From Botryllus schlosseri (taxonomy: Eukaryota), in assembly GCA_051294905.1 (NCBI GenBank), contig CM119385.1, forward strand, positions 19,468,001 to 19,532,000: DNA of 64,000 nucleotides, read 5' to 3'. Below the pieces are notes generated by a model. That model saw only the letters and a program-made list of their open reading frames with translations, searched no databases and had not been told where the DNA came from. Position numbers and translations under genes: made by a program. The first letter of the stretch is position 1. Every line of letters begins with the position of its first letter. Shown piece by piece: positions 52,501 to 61,500 of the stretch.

Positions 52501-55500
52501 GAGCCTTGAAACCTCAGTAAGTTGTAGCATATCAATGAATAGTGAGTACAGTACTAACCGACCTGTAATATTGTCTCGAATTGGAATGAAATATCAATGT
52601 CAGCAAATTTGAACTAATTTATTACACTAAAAAGCTGTGACTGGCATTATTTACTTTACGCAAATGGACATTTCAAGTCTCTCTTACTGTTATAACGTCG
52701 TAATGAGTACGATACTTGAATATACTTGACTTGAAGCTTCATGCTGTTTTCCAGCTCTAATTTTGAATAATTCTTGGTAGTTCACAGCCACCATCCCGAT
52801 CAGACGTACGTGGAAACCCACTCCGAACCACCATTACCGACCCCGCTCTGTCCAAAGCACTACTTGTATCCTTTTGGCCCCCGCTCCTTCAAACGCAACG
52901 CAATTAGCCCCGCGATAACGGCCCTGATTAACGCGCACTCCGCGGTCCGCGCTGTTTTGGTCTGTCAAATGAATGATCGCGTTTGGATCACTCCCCTTTA
53001 GCGCAGATCGGTTTACAATGTTTATGTTGAAAACTTGTCCCCGTAGAAAGGTCGCAGTCCGTTAATTTCAAGTCTATTACACGCTCTCGCTCGTACAGGA
53101 TGTTTCTCTTGTAGCAGACGGAAAATTCGCGTGTCGAATTACGGGCGGTGTTTTGCCGACTCGCGTGCCGGCAGGGGTTAGCGTTGTCCTGCGCTAGTCG
53201 GTTGCCCTTGCCGTGGCTGTGAGCGTTGAGGGTTTTTGTCGGTGGGTTCACAGTTCACGCGACCCTACACAGGCTTTTGAGACTTGGCTGTGATCTTGAA
53301 AATTCCGTTAAGCCGGTTGTGTTGGCTATCGAGTTTCAACTGACTCCTCGATGTGTGAAATACAGCGTGTATGGCTGATTTTAGAATGTGTGTAGTGAGA
53401 AATGCCCCTACGGTCTTAGAGCAAAGTGTGTGTATTCACCCCAAAAGGGCCTTAACTCAGAATTATATCGCGTCATAAACCCTACGGGCCTCTACGTGCA
53501 TGCCTATTTTGGATATGCGGTATAAGTCCGAGGTATGTTATGGTGTGTGTACCATGGGAGTATCTGTCACATCCGTATATCATGGTTGGTACACGGGTGC
53601 AGATACACAATTGTTCGCTAACACTGTAGTATAGATCTAATAGAGAAACGGCGTTTTTAGCCAACGGCGGCGTTAATCGGAGGATTTTTGTAAGATTTCA
53701 GCAATTTCACGACTGAATTGTTACCCCACACTACAAATCCGCGGATGGAAAATAGGTTTATAGCTACCAAACTTTCACAGAGTGCAAATCAGGCCGTCTG
53801 CGCTTTCTGTGTCAAAGTTGACTTTCACAAACACACCTTTTTCTTATGGAGATATATCCTAGGGAGGTAGGGGTTGTGTTAACGTGAAGCTTCTCTTTTT
53901 ATTATTGCTATTCAAAATTCTGGATTTTAATCATTGCATTTACGGTGGGTAGTTTTATAATGAATAATTAAAGAATTTTCCACCGTAACTACTATATTTT
54001 CGAATCCAAGATTTTGTGCTCCAATAACTTCGATTCACCTCGTTGGAATGGAGCCAAATTTGTTACAAATCGTGTCTGTAGACAACGTAACAATTCCATG
54101 CGGTTGAAAGTCAAATTTGAAACAAATCATTTTTATAATAAATTTAATATTTGCAAACTCCTATAGCTACGCTGCAACACGTGGGGATTGATCCAAAGAT
54201 CCAAAGTTTTCTCAGCTTTCGGTTACCAATCCAATCGAAGATTAAGTCGCAAATATTCCAACTATCAATATCAAATATTGATCCAACCCCGCGGCGTGTC
54301 GCTGAGCAATAACAGCGCATATTTGGCCGAGAGGACCTATATATTGTTAGTGTGGTCATTACCGCAGAGTATACTTCAATTCCAATTGCATCGCTGTGTG
54401 ACAGGCCGCTGTGATCGCTTTTGTTCGCCGTGTTAAACAAATCCCAGGGTGGGCTTATTCAGGTATTGAAAATCATGTTAGCTCAAGAATAGCGGGGCAG
54501 CTGTTGATATACTCGACGCGGGTTTAACTTCCACATATTACAGATGAGTTATATTTGCTTTACGCTCTATTGAGACTCGATTATTATCGCCTTAAGCACC
54601 AACGAGTTTGCCGAGTGATGGTACTCGACCCTGTCTTCACCCGCCCGGCCGACACTGCAACGTCTCGTGTGCGTTGGCGCACTTTCACACGCCACCAACC
54701 AACGACTCTCGAAATGCTACTCTGCGGAACCGCGCCCCGTACATCCCGAAATTATTTTAAAGCTGTTTTTCCAACCGATGTGATGCTCGTGTGAGGATTT
54801 TGACAACTAGACGATTCTTAGCTTTTGAAAATTAGAATAAAATTAGAATTATAGCTACACAGTTTTATCGTATTTAGATTCCAATTAGAATTATAGCCAC
54901 ACAGTTTTTTGCCAAATTAGATTGGAATCATAGCTACACAGATTATTTTTTTTCAAATTAAATTAGAATTAGAATAACAGTCACACAGTTATTTACCAAA
55001 CTAGATTAGAATTATAGCTACAGATTTTTTTCAAATTAGCCTAGAATTAAAATTAGAGCTGCACAGATTTTTTCCAAATAAGACTAGAATTTGAATTATA
55101 GCAACACAGTTCTTTTTCCACCTTGGAATAAAAATCTAATTATAGCTGGACAGCTTTATTTCCAAACTAGACTAGAATTGGAATTATAGCTACAAAGTTT
55201 TGTTTTTCCGAATTACTCTAGAATTAGAATTATAGCTACACATTTTTTTCTCCAAATCTCACTAGAATTATAATTATAGCAACACACTTTTTCCGAATTA
55301 GATTAAAATTAGAATTATAGCAACACACTTTTTATCGAATTAATCTAAAATTAGAATTATAGCTACACAGTTTTTTTCAACTAAGATTATAATTCGAATC
55401 ACTGAGTTCGCGAAATCTTGAACATTGAATCGTGTTGAATTTGTATCATATCATAGTTCATTATTCTCACGAGAATAGCAAATGTCTGTACAGCAAGCTT

Positions 55501-58500
55501 GGCTCGTTTGGCACTATACAGTTCGCATGTAGCATTTACAGAAAAACCAGAAATTAGATTAGAATTAAAAGTAAAAGTAGAGCATAGAAACATTTCTAAT
55601 TACATTAGAATTGGAATACCGGCATTTCGCTGTAATTATCTGGAATTATTTAGTTGCCCAAGTGTGGATTGTGTCCAATGGCGACGCTTTGTTTTCTGTG
55701 TCAATTTGGAAATGTGTCAGGCATTGATGTGAGGCCACTGAAGCGTTTGAGGCACAAGTTTCGTTTCAACTTACGCGCAGACTGATCACATGATAACCTC
55801 CCAGTCGCCATCGTAAAATTTACGGTGAGGACGAATCCGCTTTCCGGGATATCCCGGTACAAGATAGCATTCCCTAAGCAAACACCCACCACCGCAAGTC
55901 AAACAGATACCTCACACAGCCTAAATCCGACTCGCGAGTTCACCTCGCACTAATTATCCCGAAACGTCACTCACACATCGCGCGAGGTGGCTAGTGGTGT
56001 AGTGGTACTTCCCACCGCTGAAAAACCAATGTGTTGCAGCACTAGTACGGCCGAGGTCGACGTCAAAATAACTTTCTCGGCGTTGGAGGTTTATCTAGAG
56101 TTTTCGAACCGCCTATATCCGGTGACTTACCAAAGCCTATAGGCTGCAGGACGGTGGGCCTCACTTCACCTTAAAAACAATGGAATGTAGGTAGTTTTTG
56201 CCAGATTTACACGACATCGTCGAGTTGTCTAGTTCTAGTTGTCCAAGGCTGATATATAGGTATTATCTACTCTATGCTCCGGGAATTCTACGCCCAACAT
56301 GTAGTGTGGTAATGATTGGGTTATGTGCAATACTTAACAGTGCGATGATATGGATTTTGTGGAACCGCGTTCGTTATGTGGATTTATCCTGGATGATGTG
56401 GTCACGGGGCCATGCACGTGGGACTTAAAACTGGGTACTATAGTCTGGCCGTGTACATAATTGTTGTCTGGCCCGCGCGTGTCGCCGATGGCTCATAAAA
56501 TGTGTACTCTTTACGTAATCGTAAATAGCTCATTCCCTCCGCTGCGTTTTATATATTGACCGAAACCTATATTAAAATGTCGACCCGACCGATTGTAATT
56601 ATTACCCTATTTATATTACATGGCATCTCCACTAATTCATTTTCGTGCGCCTGTCTGGAAATGAATTATCCGCAACGTAACTGACATTGAACGTTGTTGC
56701 AATTCTAAAATTGCCGCATTGCTGCGATGGTGAATTTATCGCAAACACAATATGCAGTTAGAATCTGATAAGCTGTCGCATTCCACACTTTAAATTACCT
56801 GTCGGCTAGATCAAACGGTGTAGATAAAATTCATCTGCAATTAACGTGGCTATGCTGATTTGGACGAACCGCGTGCATTAAAAGTATGTTATAGATGAAT
56901 TATTCAAACCGACTATAATCCGGCGAAATAACCACGTGGCACGATATTAACCGGAAATTATTAGCTCAAGTCGAATATATGTACGCTCTCCTCTCCAATA
57001 TACATTCAGTGTGGTACATCATCCGAAAATAATTCATACTTGATCCCCCTTTGCAGCCAACGAGGATTACGTTGGGATAAGCGAAACGCTGGAATTTGCT
57101 CCGCAAATTACGATGCAGACGATACGGGTGACGATTCTGGACGACCTTGGTAATCCGGCGTTGGAGGGCCCGGAAACATTTGAACTGGTGCTGACGATGG
57201 TGCGCGGGGCCGTGCTGGGTGAGCCCCAGGTCGCGGTGGTGACGATCAATGACTCCTACTCGGATCGTAAGTATTATATGGTATTATATTTTATTTTCGA
57301 TATACCTTTATCCTTAGTATTTATTATTATATTATAACACATCATCAGTTTTAAGATGTGAATTAGTTCAGAGTCATTCCGGCTAGTATTTAGCCATGTT
57401 TTGCGTTCTAAATTAAACTCACCTCGAAACCTCTGTGATGAGTATGGATTTGAAAGAAATAAACAGAATTTTATGATTTTGGCTATTTTTGGATTGGGTT
57501 TGGATTCGTACATTGAATTTCTGATATGGTTGATTATCCAAACGATCTATCTATGGATTCGCGTCATTACCTGGTCCGGATTTGGGTAGCTATGATATTT
57601 GCCCGTGGGCGGTGTGTTAAAAGTTAACCTTAACTCTCTCCATAAGTTAGTGAAATGGGAATTGAATTAGACTTAGATTTGGGATTAAACGAATTTGAAT
57701 ATTTATGTGGTTTGAATTCGGGCATAGAATCTCTGATAATTCCGATTTTTCTCCGAGATATCAACGAATTGGATTCATTACCGGATTCGGATTTGGACTT
57801 GATGTATGACATAAATCCGGAACGGAAGTCGACCAAACAGCGCCGAAAATTAAATTAGCATCTCTGAATGCTTGGACTTGATCATCAATTTTCCCTCCTA
57901 GCACCAACCAGCCAAGCGGAAATCTATCATTCTGAACAAAAATGAACGTAAAAATGCCATCACCATTCACTGCATATTACACTCATTCCCAACCTGCCAA
58001 AACCTCATCCCTGTGACCATCGTTGTTGTTTGTATTCGTAGTGTTAATCCGGTACAATGGATATTTACACCAGGCCGATATTTTTTATTTCGATTCCGAG
58101 TCTGCCGACTTCAATTCCGGGCTTTTTAAGACACCTTGCGCCCGTGACGACATCGCTTAAAGCAATCAATTTAACAACGCCACAGTTCACGCTTCCATCC
58201 CCGTGAAGAATGCTGTCGAATGTATACGCGCAATCGCGAATGAATATAACTCGTACTTCTCCCCGCGTGTTTTGATTTGTGCCTGTCGCTGGCCGCTGAC
58301 GGGACGCCCTCACTTTTGACAGTGCCTCTCATGCAATTCGCCGATTCGGCTCATCAAGTCAACGAGGCGCGAGGCACTCTGTCGGCGAAGATAGCGCGCA
58401 GCGGTGATTTGTCTATTTCGTCCGCGGTGCGTTGTTACACGAGGCAGGCGTCCGCGCAAGTGATGATGGACTACGAAGAGAGGCCCAACACGGACGCGTC

Positions 58501-61500
58501 GCTTGTGAGATTCGAACCGGGTAAGGGGGATTCGCTTGCATGCCAATCGAAGATGGTCATTGGTCAGTATCATTTATGACACGGTTATGATCTCTGAACT
58601 GAACTCTCATTTAGCATTTCTGTTTCTCTCGTTTGTTGATTACATCGCTGATTGTTTGATTGTTATGGTAGGATGTGGTGTATAAATGTGTTTTGTGTTC
58701 CCTAGCCCTGATACAGGAGCTATTACACACGGTTCCTATGACGATGTCGCTCATAAAACCAATGCAAACTTAGCCCAAGACTACTTTATACTTGTAAAAT
58801 TCCAGATTGTAAAAGGTAAGTTGTTTTCTATGCAACTAGAAGCGAAAGTATAGTCTAAAAACATTGGAACTTGAGTAAGAAGTGCTAGTATCCACAACCC
58901 ATACTACTAGAGTACTCTGGAAACGTCCGAGTACTTCGTTGCTAACAATCATGACAGAACGCCACGGAATCTTGTGTACGAGACGCACTCTAGATTATGC
59001 GTTGTCGGCGTGTGTAATTATGTCAAAAATAAACTTCATTAGGGCCTATATTTATCGCGCTCTCTCGCACTCTCGCTATTCAAATTGTGATATATATCTC
59101 ACTTACCGGTCATTAGAAACCCGAAACCGGTTATTTACCGTACGATTAGTGCGAATAATGATCGGTTTGTCGTTGCCGGTTTATTTGCCGACACTTGAGG
59201 CACAAAACAAACCCTTCATCTCTTCACATCCCGTTACTTTGAGTTGATGCAGAACCGTAATTTGCGTTATTCCGTACGGAAACGCGGTGTTTATATCTCT
59301 GGATATGTAGATCAGTCGGTGTGTACTTGACACTTGTACATTCTCGCGCATTAAACTCCAATTAATTTGCTTTTTTCGGTAACACGAAACCCACCACACT
59401 GCTTTAAGGTGAAAGGACAACTTGTACCACAGCTACAGGTGTCATGTTATCCACACCAGAAAAGGTTAGCGTAAAATGCCACCCTGTGGATGCGAAAAGG
59501 CAACACACACCTGTTAATCACGCGTTAAACTTCAACCATCTTGTGTATCGCACACGTCGTGAATTGGACTACCAAACGAGTACTTAAACGCGGTTTGGAA
59601 TGCTAGATATTTTCCTAAATGCTCTGATCGCTCTGCTTACGCATTTCTTGTAAGATAATCTAGCCAGCTCATTTGGAAGGTCCAGTTTAGGCTAGGTTTT
59701 TGACGCCGATTTCGCTTTGTGGTTGCGCAATCCATAATGGGAAAGGTCGACGTTTGCAGGCTGTAAAAAATATTAAAACTGTGTTGCGTGTGTTGATTGC
59801 AATCAGATCTAATAAACTACACTTCGCGCCATCGATTATCCAGATAGAAATGTTCTTTCTGTTGTGACACTGTGAAATTGCCCGTGTCGGGTTAGGAGAG
59901 TGTGTCGCGTGCTTGAGAATATTTTATGAATTCCAGACTTTAATGATCCCCGCCGGGATCGGGTTACGATATCTTTTATCTCATGGTAAGACTTTTCACG
60001 ATATTACCACTTTTTACTAGGCACTTGCGCTGGTTAAAATCTCTTCCGTTTATGTGACTCACAGATTACCATCAATGTCGCCGATTTCGGCCGTGTATTT
60101 TAGCGTAAACTGTTGCCGTTTGAAACAGATATCAGATAATGGAATCTGCCTGATCGGTTTCCTTTGCCGCGACCGGATAGGCCTTTCTCTTATCGCGGGA
60201 ACGATTATTTTCGTGCCGTCTATCTCTGATGACCTTTTTTCCGCGTGTAATTTTGTGATTTCGTTTTACCGCGTGTAATATTTTTAATTTTTTGCTTCAG
60301 GGCAGTCGGAGGGACATTGTACTGTGATCATCGTAGACGATCGGATTCACGAGGAACCGGAGAAGTTCCGGTTAGTACTTGGAACCGCTACAAGCGTCGA
60401 AGGGGAAGCCAGGATCGGAGAAAAGAATGAAACTATTATCACCATCACGGATGATGCTGACAGTAAGTGCCTGGTTATCTTAAGTGGAATGTGACGACAC
60501 AATCTCAAGCTGTGACGTCGGATGTGGGATCTTTATGACCGGTTCAAGTGTCTTTATGACATTGATTGTCCACCTAAGACCGCGTCCCATTGGGATAAGT
60601 ATTTCGTCATTATTCACACTCGCTTTCTCGAGATGAGCTACATGACTTCACTTATACCGGTACTCGTGGTGTGACACGCACGGGAGAAATGGTTTGGGTC
60701 TCTACACGTGAAATGGTGGGCGAAATGACTGTGTGGGATCGTTCTATTTAATTGCCACTAATATGCGGCTCGCTAATATACAGTAACAAAAGACTAAGGC
60801 GGTGGCTGTTAAAGCAAACATCATCCTAACCCCGTACGAATTTAGGCCTCGAAAAGCTTCTTGGAGGTACAGAACTTCCATACAATTGAATAAAATAATT
60901 TCATATTGAAATAACCCCGTAATCGTCAGCGACAAGTGGGAAATTGGAAAGAACGTTGTATATCAACAATCGTATTACCAAATACGACCTGGCCTGTGTC
61001 GTTGCAATCACGCACAACATCTGTGTGGTAAAATTCGCGGCATACCGGGCCGCTACGGTTGAACTAATAGACCACTTAGACGAAAATGGATCCGATTTCG
61101 TGACGATGAGTATACATACCAACACACAATGAGTACAAATGAGAACACGCAGGCTACGAGAACTTAATTGCAATGTTACGGTGACAACAATTACCAATTC
61201 GTAATGGGACAGAAATTCCGAACCATTATATCGTACTGCGCTTACGGCAATACAGCCAGGGCGTATGCAGGCATAATGCCAAATACGGTCCTCTCGGACA
61301 TTTTAGCGTTGTTTTCTTTTATCGGCGCATAGCAAAAATCAAACTGAAGACTTTTCACGCGCTTTGACATTGCAATCTGCCCGATTTCACTTGGTAATTC
61401 CTTCGCATTCGATATTCAAACATTGCGGTAAGGCGGGCGAGTAAGGTCAATCCTCCGCATACACTCGGATTGACACCTGTCGCGCAATTAGCAAGCCAAG

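Noticed and set aside
54830-55400. Array as a CRISPR locus or telomeric repeat
   Set aside because: No unique spacers, eukaryotic intron context, bounded by MITE ends; ATTAGA is not TTAGGG.
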